Shown here: piece by piece, positions 38,320-52,018 of the stretch
Numbering within the stretch: position 1 is the first letter of the stretch
Layout: every line of letters begins with the position of its first letter
DNA from: Girardia tigrina
Lineage: Eukaryota
Assembly (NCBI GenBank): GCA_001938485.1
Contig: MQRK01234846.1
Coordinates: 1-64,000 of the forward strand
Direction: 5' to 3'
DNA: 64,000 nt
Made by a program: the position numbers and the translations under genes
Notes under the pieces: model-generated
Told to the model about the DNA's origin: nothing
The model's database searches: none
The model's input: the letters and a program-made list of their open reading frames with translations, nothing else

Positions 38320-38750
38320 TATGAGCTTACTAAATATTTTAAAAATTAAAAATTATATAAGAAAAGAAAATCATAAAAAAGTAAAATATTTATTTAAAAA
38401 TAAAAAATATCTTTAATGTATCTAAATAATATTAAATATCTAANNNNNNNNNNNNNNNNNNNNNNNNNNNNNNNNNNNNNNNNNNNNNNNNNNNNNNNNN
38501 NNNNNNNNNNNNNNNNNNNNNNNNNNNNNNNNNNNNNNNNNNNNNNNNNNNNNNNNNNNNNNNNNNNNNNNNNNNNNNNNNNNNNNNNNNNNNNNNNNNN
38601 NNNNNNNNNNNNNNNNNNNNNNNNNNNNNNNNNNAATTAACAGGAAAATTTGTTTTAGAAATGTGAATTGTTATATTAATAAATTTTTGTGGTGTTAAAT
38701 CATGGCTCAAGAATATGATAATAATGAAAGTGGCATAAACGCTACTTACA
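38320..38750 (+). mobile_element. Solo LTR, TA...CA family, copy C
   Basis: tatgag...gtggcataaacgctacttaca, 5-bp TSD tacac; contains an N gap. Confidence 0.8.
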
Positions 38751-39072
38751 TACACAATTTTAATTTGAAAATTGTGTTCACTACAAACACTAATAAAGAA
38801 TTCTTCCTCTGCTTCAAGCAATAACAATTTTTCCTTATCTAATAGGATTTATTTTCCTATGAAACTTTGAAAATAATCCATCGTGAAAACAGCCTAAGAA
38901 ATTCTTTCAAAATTGAACCATGCCATAAAATCACATGCAATCCTTCTGGATTTCCCTAGTTGGGAGCCATTAGTTTATTGCATTGCATCTTATTTATATA
39001 ATAGTATAATTTTTTATAATTATCATATAATACTAAAATTATGATAAGGTATTTTAAAAAAATATTAATGAC

Positions 39073-39352
39073 TAGAAAAAGACCCGTCATATATGATGGG
39101 TGAGCTAAATTTTCGACTTTGAAAGTTTCTGTTTTAATTTTTTAAATCGTAATTATTATAATTTATTATTCCTTGTTTCGAATTCTGTTTTGATTTAACA
39201 GTCAGTCAGTTAAATCGGCTCCCGGAGCCTTTCGTCAAAGGCGCTGTACAGACAGAATCGTCTCGATGCAGACTATGCAGAGTTATCTCAACTTAATGTG
39301 GATTCACTCACTGTTCCTCCACTATTTCGCATTTTATCAGCATATATATATG
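39073..39352 (-). mobile_element. Short non-autonomous Helitron
   Basis: Minus-strand 3' end cccatcatatatgacggg hairpin + tcttttt-CTAG|T. A related copy lies at about 50678-50941. Confidence 0.7.
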
Positions 39353-39635
39353 ATCATTAGTAAGTATATGACTTTTTTAAAAAATGCGAAAAACATGATT
39401 TGGCATAGCAGTAGTGGGTGAACTTTATGAAAGAGAGAAAGGTACACCAAAATTATGCTAGTTACTTGAAAAAAGTTAAACCACCAAACCATTTTTCGAA
39501 TTTCGAAATTTTACCATTGAAACCAATTGACCTTTTATTTTATAAATTATTATTAAATGCTTTTCTCTAATGTCATTATCAGAATTTCTTAATTAAATAA
39601 TATTATTGTAGATTACATCATTAATTGATTTTGAC

Positions 39636-41618
39636 ATGTATTCAAAGAAATCATCGGTTGTTGTTGCTAGAAACAAGGAGACGTGGAGTTGCAATTTAAC
39701 GAAATTTCAGGATTCTAGTAAAAAAAGAGGAAAAATTACCATTGAGATTAAACCGTTGGATTCATTGTGTAAAATGCAATATGAATATATGATAATTGGT
39801 AGATATTTGGGTTTGGCTGAAGTGGATAAATCTAGAAAGAAAAGAATAGAACTAATTGGAGAAGAAGTTCAGCATCTGGGGAATCACCTTAATTTTCTTA
39901 TACTTTCTTCATGCTCGCTTGTTCGGAAAATTGAGACGACAATGAAAAGATACGATGCATACTTGAAAAGACCAACTTCCAACATTTATCATTTTCTTGG
40001 CAATTTATTCGACCTCACTAAACTAAATGGACATCGACTATGTACTGAAGATAAAAACTTCATGAAGTGATGATTAAGAGTGAAGGACATGTTGGATATA
40101 CAACTGGAAAGATTGCTAGCGAGAGTTCTATTCATCCATCAAAGTGCAGAAAAGTATGTAGTAGAGTTGATGATAAACCTGCTACTGATGATGACGATGG
40201 TGATAATGATGGAAGTGGGAATGATAAAGATTATGAGGCACAAATGTTTCCCTTTCAGACGCGTAAACAACATTCGCAGCAGTCGACATGCAGTGCGGTT
40301 ACTTTAGTGTGATCAACAAAGTTGACCGTTCGAAGGGCGGCTACAGGAAGTCATATTTTGAACCAGGCCGGCATCCAAATACCAACCACTTCTTATTCAG
40401 GTATATACCGAGCTGTTTACAGGGAAGCGTGTCAACGTAAAGAAAACTTTAAACTAAGTTTGAATAAATGTCTTTGGGGCTTACATTTTGATGGAAAGAT
40501 TATGAATAAAAAAGAACACCAAGTAGTTGTGTTGAAGAAAGAATATAGGGAAGTTAGACTAGCTGTCTTGGTGCTACCCGTTGGCAAAGCTGCTACCATT
40601 GTAGGTGTAATTCATAACGTATTGGATGAGTACAGATTGTGACCGGTTATTAAAATGATTGTATCAGATACAACAGATGTTAACACTGATTTAAGGTCTG
40701 GCGTTGTTGTTAGCAGGGCTGCGGAGTCGGAGTTTAAGGATTTTTTGGGATGTCAAAGTCGGAGTTGGAGTCGAAAGCTGAGCCGAAGTCTGAGTTGGAG
40801 TCGGAGACGGATTCAGAGTTTAAGTCGGAGTCGTGTAACTCGACTCCGACCAAAATAATAACAAATATTATAAATTAACCTAAAAAGGAGTCGGAGTCGA
40901 AGGCCGAGTCAAAGTTGGAGTCGGAGTTGGAGTCGGACATTTTAAAAATTATAAAATTTGGAGTCGGAGTCGGGCAATTCTAGCCCGACTCCGCAGCCCT
41001 GGTTGTTAGACGTCAGAGGATGTTCGTAAAACATCAGAAATCCGCACCAATTTTTACTGGATGCCAGTACCAAATATTAGATCGTGTATTTAGAGACACG
41101 TGTGTGATCAAATGTTCGGTGATGTGACTCAGTCTCCTAATATACTCTACCTATTTGTGACAAGGATTATTGAGGAGTACGATCTACCTGAAGAAAAACA
41201 AGGTTGGCGTGATGACATGAAGTTTTCATATCATCTAATTAGAGTATTTAGACGGTATCAAAATTTCAACATTATGCCTAACATTAAATTTGGTGCACTT
41301 CCTTGGATCAGCAATGATCGTTGGAACTCACGCGCACTATTTACTTTGTTAGTCTACATACTGTTGCCTACTGAGCGAGAACATGTAGAACAAGTATGCA
41401 GATTTATTTGCGGTGCTTGGTGTAACGCATGGTTCAGTGATAAATTGTACTGTCCAGAGCAGTATGACCTTCTGCATGATGCAGTTTTTCCTTATCCAAA
41501 AGCTTTATGCTGCCTGGAGAAACATTGGTCACAAAGTCCTTTCCCTATACCAACTCACCGCATTAATTTGTGTGCTGAGAGGTCAATAAAGGTTTTACAC
41601 GACATTGCTCCTCTCTGT

Positions 41619-41620
<2 letters not shown>
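39636..41620 (+). mobile_element. Degenerate DDE transposase, hATm-like
   Basis: Fragmented ORFs LHFDGK..EHQVVVL..IVSDTTDVNT..SGVV..GCQYQILD..GWRDDMKF..SNDRWNSRA..NLCAERSIK. Confidence 0.7.
40714..41001. mobile_element. hAT MITE (GGAGTC-repeat family) inserted in the transposase relic
   Basis: TIR cagggctgcggagtcgg, 8-bp TSD gttgttag. Confidence 0.92.
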
Positions 41621-41677
<57 letters not shown>

Positions 41678-42699
41678 ATATACAATTAACAGAAAGTAGG
41701 AAAAAAGGTTTAATATTATCACTATAACATTAAATAAAGGTATTTTATAAGAAGATAAATGAAAGTATCTAACTTGTATCTTAAACAAAACTGGATTATA
41801 GACATTATTCTTGGATTGAATTAAATAAGTGACAAAGTATATCCTATTTCGAAATGTAACATTTAGTTGAGACGATATTATATAAATGAACTTAATTAAG
41901 TCTTTCAATTGATCAAAATTATTCTTGGTTTGAATTGCAGGAGTGATTACGTAAGTTGTAAACCGAAAGTATCAATTGTTTAAGGATATTATTTTGAATT
42001 AAGATTAATGTATTCTTTCGATAATACATATTCTTTAAATTCAAATATATACCACGGCTTTAAAAAATTAATATTTAAAACTTTGTAAATAATTTATTAT
42101 TCTTCTTAATTTTTGTTCATTGGCAAGTTGTTTGCTTCATTTTTTAGTGATTATTGAAATCATCATTTCATAGACTTTTAAAATTACTTTAATTTTATCC
42201 TCCCTAAAACGAAAACCGAATTGTATGAACAAGAAGTTAAACATCATTATAATAATCAATGCAAATTTCACGGTACATAAATAACCAAAGATGCATCCAT
42301 ACAGTTATACACCTACACCTTACCTTATGATAGAGAGATTTAAGATCTTTATAATATTATATAATGCATGCATACAATGTATACAATGTATATTATACAT
42401 ATTTTTATAGAAAAAAGTCATAAATGCAGAAAATCGGAGAGAAATTTTGGTTCAACATTATAATTTTAAATATTACATGACTTCAGGTTTCGTATAATTG
42501 TCGAAAACCAATCAAAAAGTACTGATTTTTACCATTTTACAATCTAAAAGATTTTGAAATTTGATTTATATATATAGTTGCAGGTCTCGTCACTATTGGA
42601 CAAAATTTTCTCTAAATAAAATCTGACCACATCTGATAAAAGCAATTCACATCTTTAACTATATTCGATCTTCCATTTTTAAAGTATTAATTAAAACAA

Positions 42700-42919
42700 A
42701 ATCTTGAAAAAGATCTAATATATACGTAGAGAATGCAGGAGATCAGGAAATAACAGAAAATTTATAGCGAACGTTGAAAATGAATATGAAGAATCGGTGA
42801 TGGAGAAGAGTACCCAGAAGACAGAGCCTCGATAGAAATAGAGCCAGTCGGTCCAATAAATTAAAGAAATATAGAAGACTCCCAAAATATCGCTATTTTT
42901 GGTAAAAGTAGCGTAACAG

Positions 42920-42972
<53 letters not shown>

Positions 42973-43022
42973 NNNNNNNNNNNNNNNNNNNNNNNNNNNN
43001 NNNNNNNNNNNNNNNNNNNNNN

Positions 43023-43065
<43 letters not shown>

Positions 43066-46000
43066 TATAGGGAAAGATGATATTAAAAAACTTTAAACAG
43101 GTAGAAATTGATACAAATGATAGAGTTTGGAGATTCATAGAAACAGAAGTATTTGAAGATGAGAACGGAGAAAGTTTAGTGGGGTCGGTGGAGGACAGAA
43201 ATACTAATGAAGATACGAAGGTCCCAACCATAGAAAAACTTTTTACTATAAAATACAAGGTCGACCAAGCATAAAAATAAAGATAAAACACATTATAGAA
43301 GACCGTTTATTAGATTCAAGAGCAAGAGTGAAGGTAATTAACAAGTCAATTTTCGATAAATTAGAAATTATAAAGTTAGAAAATTAGACATTAAACTACA
43401 TGGTGCCACCAACAGCCAACTTGAATTTATTAGTAAAAATATCACTAGACGTAGAAATTACAGGAAAACGGAAAAATATTACTTTTATCGTAGTTACTGA
43501 CATTAAACTAGAAGTAACAAGATGTATTGAATTTCAAACACGTTCAGAATAGAACTGTGGTGGAAGAAAAAAATAATTGTGAACGAACAATTTTACCAGG
43601 TATGTAATCTAGAAGTAAAGTTTGGATGATTGGTAACAAATGAGGAATGATTTCAGAGAGTCAAGAGTGTAAATCAAATCGCAGGTAAACCAAACGTTAT
43701 TGAAGTAGTAAAAAACATGAAGGAGTTTTCATGTCTGACAAAGATCCGCATTTCAACAGGTAGATGTTGAAGGAATAAAGAAAAGTATAATATCAGATAA
43801 AGATAAAAACCTTAGAAATGACGCAACAAGGACGAACAGCAAAAAGATTTCGTTACCAGAAGCAGAGAGAGAACACATACACTATTATCACACGTAATGC
43901 AGAAAAGGTGACGAAATATATCGCAGAAAAATACAACATGAACAGATGCAACGAAACAATAAAAGAAATAATTGAACTGTATGAGGCGTACTAAAGAAGT
44001 AAGATGGTAACGATCGCTAGAAAAAAAGAACGTATGTCGTTAAGCGCAAACGAACAATTTGAAAAAATATACATAGATGAATGTGGTCCGTTAAAAGAGA
44101 CATGGAAAAATAAAAAATATATTGTGTCTATCATCGATCAATTCAGCAGATAAATTTCATTAACATCCGTTAGTAAACAAGATTAAATAATAATCAAAGA
44201 CACAATAATGAAAAAAACGGATTTTAAGATAAGAAGCACCTAAGGATATTCACACATACATCGGCAAAACATTTTAATCTCAAATAATTAAAGAAATTTT
44301 GAAATCAATGAAGATACAAATGTGCTACTGAAGCCCACATCACTTCAAATCAAATAGTATCGTAGAAAGACTGCTTCGGCCCATAAGAGAATATCTAAAC
44401 GCATCCGTACATACGAAATCAAGATCAGACTGATAGGAATAGTTACCAGAAATAAAGTTTACATTGAATGTGATTTTTTAGAAAAAAATAGGTAAAAGCC
44501 CGGTAGAATTTATATTAGAAAAGATAATATACAGGGAAGGATGGCATGGTCGAGATATAAAGTTACATTAACATAACTGTAAATTTCAGCCATCAATTAT
44601 TAAAAGAACAATAAAACACGATTTTTGAAAGTTTATTATTCGATAATTCTGATTATTAAAACAACAATAGTTGTTTTAAAATCTTTTTATTAATAATTAA
44701 AAATAATATTTTTAATTTAAGTAAACGCAGTTTACATATGCCCCTGCATAAGATGCGGAGTATCATGACAAGTAAACGTTGGCTTCAATCTGGCTATTGA
44801 GACCTTCTTTGTGCAACCATCGATCTTTAGGTCAAAGGTTTTCAAGTCGTCAGATCTGCTGAGTACCTCATAAGGTCCATCGTATGGTGGCTTCAACAAG
44901 CCAGAGTTATCGGTCTTGATCCATACGTATTTGCAGTCTTTGAGAGCCTGTGGTAGAAAGATCTTGCGGGCCAACTGCTTGTTTACGATTGGAATACCGA
45001 ATTCGGTTATAGCTCGTGTGACGTGGTCTTCTATATAGTGTTCCTGGTTCTCGTTGTCTGTGATGATGTCTCCTGGAAGTCTGATGAAGGAACCTTAGAG
45101 GAGTTGTGTGGGAGAGGCCATTGAACCAATGATAGTGGCGTTCCTTAATCTGAGTAGAACGATAGGTAGATCGCGCACCCACGTCTGCTCGCATGTTTCA
45201 CTGTGTGCTCTGAGCGTATTTTTAAGAGAGCGGTGGGAATCGCTCAATCTTTCCATTGCACTTTCCAGTAATGATGATTTCTGGTGGTCCAAAGCAAGAG
45301 ATCCACGTGTTGGTGAGTGCTTTGCAAACAGCGGTGGATGTGATATCATTGATTGGAACCGCTTCGGGCCATGAGAAGTGCCTGTCGATGAATGTCAATA
45401 AATAGTGTTTACCTTCTGCCATCGGCAATGGGTCGACAATGTCCATGTGTAGTACTTTGAATCTGCTTCTGTCCGGAAGTTTTCCAAGTTTCGATTTGGT
45501 GTGTCTGGTTATTTTTGTTGATTGACACTTGTGACATTCTCGGGTCCATTTCCGGACGTCTGCTTTTTTTCCAAACATAGCGGGCTCGGATTAGATCAAT
45601 GGTTTTGTTAGCACCGGGATGAGCGATGTCATGCAATTGCTGACACTCGGAATGGCGAAACTTGCTTGGTGAAATGACTCGTTTCTTTCCATTGGCTACG
45701 TCTATTAGAATTCCTCCCTCTGTTCTGACTTTTAATTCATAGTCTGAGAGAAAATCATTTTTCTCTTTTTCTTGCTTGTTGATTTGGATATCATCGTTAT
45801 TTCGATCAGATCTTCCTGGTTCTCGGATGTCCTTGAGAGGAAATCTGCAACAATATTCTCAGAGCCCTTTATGTATTGCAACTGAAACGAGAATTGATTA
45901 AGGAATTCTATGTGCCTCCATTGTCTGTTGGATGGTTCCTTCATGGACTGAATGTATATGAGAGGCTTGTGATTTGTTAGAATCTTAAAGGTGCAACCTT

Positions 46001-48650
46001 CTAGATAATGTTTGAACTTCTTGGTGGCCAGGTATATGGCGAGCAGCTCTTTGTCAAAGGTTGAATATTTTTGTTCGGCCACCGTTGGCTTTCGTCAAAA
46101 GAATGCTATCAGTGCAAGTCGCCCATTTATTTCATGATTGAGGCTTGCTCCCACGGCTGTCTTTGAGGCATCAGTTCAAAGAATTAGATCCTTTTTGTGA
46201 TCGAATGGTTCCATATTGGTTATTTCGTTGAGCTTCTGTTTGATAGAGTAAAACGCTTGTTTTTGTGAGGCATTCAGTGTGATTTTCTTGTTTCTCCGAT
46301 TTAGAGAGCAGATCATGGAGTGGAGCCATTATTTCGGATAATTTTGGAATCATCCATTGATAAAATACAGCTGCTCCCAGGAACCTTCGGAGCGCTTTTG
46401 TATCGCTTGGTTCTTTGAGGCTTGCGATGTCGTCAATTCGTTTCTGGATGGGTTTGACCCCGTTCTTGGAAAACATAAAGCCAAGGAATTGGACTTCGGT
46501 TGCACTGAAGTTGCACTTATCTTCGTTTATTTTTAATGATTTCTGTTTTAGTAGGCTCATTATATGTGACAGATGTTGTTCATGTTGCTTGAATGAGTCC
46601 TAAAATATGATGTCATCAATGTAGCAGGCTGCGAAGGCTTCAAAGCCGTGAAGCAAAGCATCCATGCATCTTTGAAACATCCGGGATGCATTGCGTAAGT
46701 CAAAGGGCATGGTGGTGTATTCGAATAGCCCGAAGGGTGTCGTTACGGCCGTCTTATAGATTTGGATAAACGCTTTTTTTAGATCTAGCGTTGAAAAGAC
46801 TGTTTTCCCGGATATTCGATCCAGGATGTCTGACATTCTGGGTAGAGGGTAGTTGTCCGGTCGTATTACAGAATTTAAAAGCCTATAGTCACCACAAGGA
46901 CGGTAGCTCCCGTTGGGTTTCTTGACGAGCACTAAAGATGAAGACCAGGAGCTCGTGCTTCTTCTAATTGTGCCTTCTGCTAATAGACGATCGAATTCTT
47001 CGCGGATCGTGCTGAGAATGTGACTCCCAATTCTTTTCGGTTTCTGGGCGATTGCAGGACCGTTTGTTTCTATTCTTAATACCGGTGTGACCTCGGTTGC
47101 TGAGTGCATGACTCTGTGGCATGTCTTCACTGATCCCGAGATAGTGTGGTTGAGATTTGATTCTTTTTGTAGTCGACAGTGATGTCCTCGAGAGCAAGGA
47201 AGTGTGATCCTAAAATCGGTCTCTGGACGTCGGCCAGTATAAAGCTCCACTTGAATTTTTTTTGTATCCCTATGAACTGGAATTCGATCGTATGTCTCCC
47301 GTACGTAGGGATATCCTGCCCATTTGCCATCACGAGCTTCTGAGTTTCCAATCCGCCGTTGGGTTGGAATAGGTTGTAGGGTAGGATGCTTACATCGGCA
47401 CCTGTGTCGACGAGAAAGTGAAGTACCTTGTTGTCTATGGAGACTGGAACAGTAAAAATTGAGGATACCTGATCAGGTAGTTTTGTGTGGTTTGGCGTTA
47501 CCGCTTTCAGGCCAAACCTTTGACTTTTCCCGAAGATTTGTGTTCTTTCCAGTTGCATGGTTTGAGGCATTTCTGTGCTTTGTGACCGAATTTACGGTGA
47601 TAATAGCACATGACGGTCTGGTCTTGGTTTTCGCTTTTGTCTATTCTCCTTTTGAGTTGATTTATTTCATCCGTGAGTTTCTCAATTTTGGCTAGGAAAG
47701 GATTTGTTTCCGCCACATTTATACAGTTGGGTTGTTTAACCCTGAATAGATCATCCGCTGGTATAAACCTTAATAGATCATCCGCAAGTGAGGCTATGTG
47801 TGATAAGTTTTGGTTCCCATTCGGAATGAGGGGTTTCTGGATGTCAATCGGAAGTGCCTACAGGAAGGCGTTCTGTAGAATTTGATCGTCCTCGGAAGTT
47901 GGTCCGAGTTGAGCACGATGACGCTGTAGAATCCTTAGGTGCTCCGATGGACATCGGTCGCCATGTCGTTAGCGGAGAAAAGCGCATCAAAGTGAACTGA
48001 TGATAGTTATCTGCGACTCCGGATTATTGCTTGTTGGAGATCCGTGTATGGTGTTGCCGGTTCGGTATTGAAGTATTCTTGAAACTCCATGAGAATGAAT
48101 GGTGGAAGGCTGGCAGTGATGTGAAGGAATTTCGTCGTTTCACTAGAGATCTTGTGGCAGTTTCGTAGAGACTTGGTTGCAATCGAGCGAACCAGTTCTG
48201 ACACAATTGTAAATTTCATCCATCGATTATTAAAAGAACAATAAAATACGATTTTTGAAAGTTTATTATTTGATAATTCTAATTATTGAAACAACAATAG
48301 TGGTTTTAAAATCTTTTTTTAATAATTAAAAATAATATTTTTAATTTAAGTAAACACAGTTTACAATAATGATACAGAAGAAACAACCAGAAGAAATTTT
48401 AAATAAGAGATGAAGTAATAGTCTAGGTTGAAACTGGGATAAAAGGTAAAGATAAAAATGAAGGACCGTATAAAGTTATTGAAAAAAACACATTACAGAA
48501 GGTATAAACTAAGGCATGAAAATAGTAGAATTTTGGATCAAAACGTGGAAAAATTGCAAAAAGTCTTAATGAAGGGGGGATATGAGGAGTTAGTTATGAT
48601 TTTCAATTCGCCAATTTTTTGAACCACACTCTTTTACTAATAGTTGTTGT
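42700..48650 (+). mobile_element. Old Ty3/gypsy element split by the nested element 44578-48365; its 3' LTR begins with TA at 48581
   Basis: PR relic LLDSRA near 43310; IN FEKIYIDECGPL..YIVSIIDQFSR..SNSIVER; GPY motif EGPYKVI near 48460; PPT gaagggggga 48571-48580 then tatgaggagttagtt. Outer boundaries approximate. Confidence 0.75.
44578..48365 (-). mobile_element. Full-length degenerate Ty3/gypsy element (CsRn1-like)
   Basis: LTRs 44578-44736 and 48208-48365 (TG..CA); TSD ataac/ataat; PBS ttgtgtcagaactgg resembling a tRNA-Leu 3'-end PBS. gag CYYHRKFGHKAQKC; PR FLVDTGAD; RT YRPCGDYR..YIDD; RNH YSTFDKELLA; IN with GPY. Confidence 0.95.
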
Positions 48651-49479
48651 TAGTAACTTTTGAGTTCATAAAATTTTCGAATTTGAAATCTAATCAATTT
48701 AATAATTTAATATTTTACATTTCTATTTACAGATTAGATTAAAAGGAGATTTTTATAAATAGTGTAAAAAAGTAATTTATAGGAAATTAATTTTTAATGC
48801 GAATATAAAATCAATAAATAGATTTAATTATAAATGGAATCGTAATTTTATATGAAACATAAAATTTAATTTTTGAGATATAATAAATAAACTAGAATAC
48901 TATTTGGTAACTTTTGATATTAATTCATAAATTTTAAATCAAAATATAATTTTTAATTTTTAAGAAATATATCTTTTATTTCAAAAGTATCTCTCCGATA
49001 TGCGAAGGTAATTTAAAAGTTGTTTAATTAAACTAAAAACGTAATTTTACTGAAAATATAATTTTATTTTATCTAAAAAAGGGTAATTTAAAAGTTGTTA
49101 AATCAAACGAAATTTCGATTTTAATTTTATCTTTAAAACGTATTTTACTAAATCTAAAATAATGGTGATTTTAATTTAACTGTAAAGCATATTTTACCGA
49201 ATCTAAAAAAATAATATTTAAATGATTATGAAAACGAAATGAAAATGTTGTGTTATAAAATGGGGAAATATAATTGAGAAAGGATTAAATTTATGAAAAT
49301 TTAATAAAAGATGCAACAAAAATTTTGTGACAAATTTTAATAACTTTATAGTTTGAACAAAAAAAGTATAAATTTAAATCCTTAATAACAAAATCTATAT
49401 TTATATTTATTTATAATGGTTTGTGTAAAAAAGAAAGTGCGAAAGTTCATCGAAAATATTTTTTTTAAAAACTTGAATT

Positions 49480-49950
49480 GTGATAGAAAAAAGTTTAGCG
49501 TTAATGACATCTTTTTTTGATCAAGAACCCAATAGTTGTCATGTTAAGTTCAGACATACTTGAAACACCTGTATTATATTTCAAACTCTAGATGAAAATT
49601 AAACATAATTTCAAAATTTCTTTCCACCCTACAGCTCTGACTTGGCTCTAAGTGATTATTTTTTTGTTTAAACACTATAAGGAACACCTGTAAGGGTGAA
49701 GAGGTGAGTCCACAAAAGATATCATATTGTCTAGTGCAGAATTTCTTTCAAGAAAACGACATCACTTTCTTCGAAAATGGCATGTTTTCGCTTGAAAATA
49801 GATGGATGAAATGCCTGGCAGCAGGATTTGATTACATAGAAAAGTGAAGTTTCTCATTTACCTATATAATATGCTTACTTTAAATGAAAGGTTTTATTTT
49901 TGTGACTTTTATTTTTATTCGAGTCTAAAAACTTTTTATCCGCACCTCGC
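49480..49950 (+). mobile_element. Degenerate mariner 3' fragment
   Basis: FPPYSSDLALSDY..LENRWMKCL..DYIEK*; TIR-like actttttatccgcacctcg. Confidence 0.75.
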
Positions 49951-50173
49951 AATCATTATTTTGTATTTGTAACACGTGAATTAAATTATTAAAAAAAATA
50001 TTAAAAATTAAATTCGTAATCTTAAGATGACGATTGATCCATCGAAATATAATGTCTCTAAATATATTTTTTAATGGATAAATTTTGTTTTAATTAAAAG
50101 TTTTTTTTCCATATTGAAGGTTATTAATAATAATTATTATTACTACCATTATTATTTTAATTATGATTATTAG

Positions 50174-50431
50174 GCACTAGATAAACAAGAGTATCATAAT
50201 TTCCAAACATGTATTTTGCAAGAAATTCAAATTAATAAAGAATTTGTTTGTCCAAAAGTTGGATGGATTTGTGGATCGTGTACTCTTATAAATGAGCACT
50301 ATTTGAAAATATGCAAATGTTGTAGTTCCGATCGCCCTAATAATTTTAAAATTCCAGAATATTGGCAACTAACTAATGATGAAAAAAAACTTTTGAAAGA
50401 ATATGAAGAAATGGAAAGATTGGACAAAGAG
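50174..50431 (+). CDS. RBCK1: HOIL-1L-like copy 2, exon 7: post-RING linker fused to the NZF (RanBP2-type) finger and NZF tail
   Basis: ALDKQEYHNFQTCILQEIQINKEFVCPKVGWICGSCTLINEHYLKICKCCSSDRPNNFKIPEYWQLTNDEKKLL; compare HOIL-1L VGWQCPGCTFIN..C..C..RPEAYQVP. Phase 0 to 0. Confidence 0.9.
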
Positions 50432-52018
50432 GTAGGATAAATACTTATAATCTATCTATCTAAGGTACATATGATATTTGAGGACAGATTTATGTTTTTA
50501 AAGATTCTAATGAACAATAGCGTATTCTAACTTAATTATTATAGAATTTGTAGAAGGGTCTAAATCAATAATTATAATTGTATTTTGAAAAGTCATCTTC
50601 AGCTCTAATAAAGACATTTCGGTAAAATCTGAATTGTCTACATATTTGCATTGAATGATCCTGGTCTATATTAAACACTTGAAAAAGACCCGTCATATAT
50701 GACGGGTGAGATCAATTTTCGTCTTTGAAAGTTTTTCTTTTAATTATTTAAATTGTATTTATTATAATTTATTATTTATTGTTTCGAATTTGGTGTTGAT
50801 TTAATAGTCGGTCGATTTCGTCGGCTCCACGTGGTCTTTCTGCTATCCTTGCACCGACAAACCGTCTCCATACTGGTTATGTAGATTGACCACGTTTTTA
50901 CGCGGATTCTCTCTGATTCATTTTATCAGCATATATATAATCATAGTAAAATTTTGAGCATGAACAACAAACCGTGATTCACATTATAACGAAATTTGGC
51001 AAATTTATACAAAATTGATTTTTGGTAATATAATTAGTAAATAAGTATTAATAAATAATAATATAAATCGTCATTTATCAATTTAATTAATTGGTTATTA
51101 GTATTTTCTTAAAAATTCTCAGGAAATTCCTTGAACGAATTTTCGAAATCGGCATTATTTGATTTCGATGTGGATGTAACAGTCGTTTGACCAGCACGGT
51201 TTTCGGTTGATTTTATCGGCTTCCGAGCGTCTTTTGGTGAAGGGGTTAGAAGGACAAAACCGTCTTGATGCGGACTATTTAGATTGATCACTTCTTAGCG
51301 TGGATTCGCTCCGGTTCCTACATCATCTCGCATTTTAATCATAGTAAACTTTGAGCGTGACAGATTTTAGACAAATATATTTAGTATTTTTTTAAAAAAT
51401 TGTTCTATTATTTTTGTTAAATGTTTTTGGAACATCTTTCACGTGGTCAATATTAAAAGCCGAAATCAGTTTTTCAAATTTTATTTCTCTACAATAAAAT
51501 GTCTAATACATTTTATTTAAACAAATTTAATCTACAATAAAATGTCTAACACATTTTATTTAAATAAATTTAATCGAAATTAAATTCATTTATTATTTTT
51601 TTTTACTTTTGAGGAACTATGTATTTCATAAATCTCAAACCGGTATAATAAAAATAAATATAGTATTAATAATCCATTTGACTTTTTTAATTTATGACAA
51701 TTAAATAATTTCATTTTTTATTTAAATTTACGAACTGTTATCATAGTTAACATAAATTTATTTACTTCTTGATTTTTTTTAAATTTTAAAATGATAATTC
51801 GAATTCAATTATTATTTCAAAAATTTTAAAAACATTTCATAAAAAAATTCCTTACAATTTTTATTTTTGAAAAATATTTTATTAAGGTTATCAATAGAAC
51901 TTTCATTACTTAAATTTTCACCATTAAATTTTTTAGATTTGCATTATTAATTAAAAACTTATTTATAAATGAAATTTTGATATTATTATTAATAACGAAA
52001 TTTTGAAAATTTATACTA

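Noticed and set aside
40720-40995. Regularly spaced GGAGTC repeats resembling a CRISPR array
   Set aside because: Hexamer subterminal repeats inside a hAT MITE with TIRs and an 8-bp TSD; no unique spacers or cas genes.
41618-43291. ORFs with IYIYIY runs
   Set aside because: Translations of (TA)n microsatellites.
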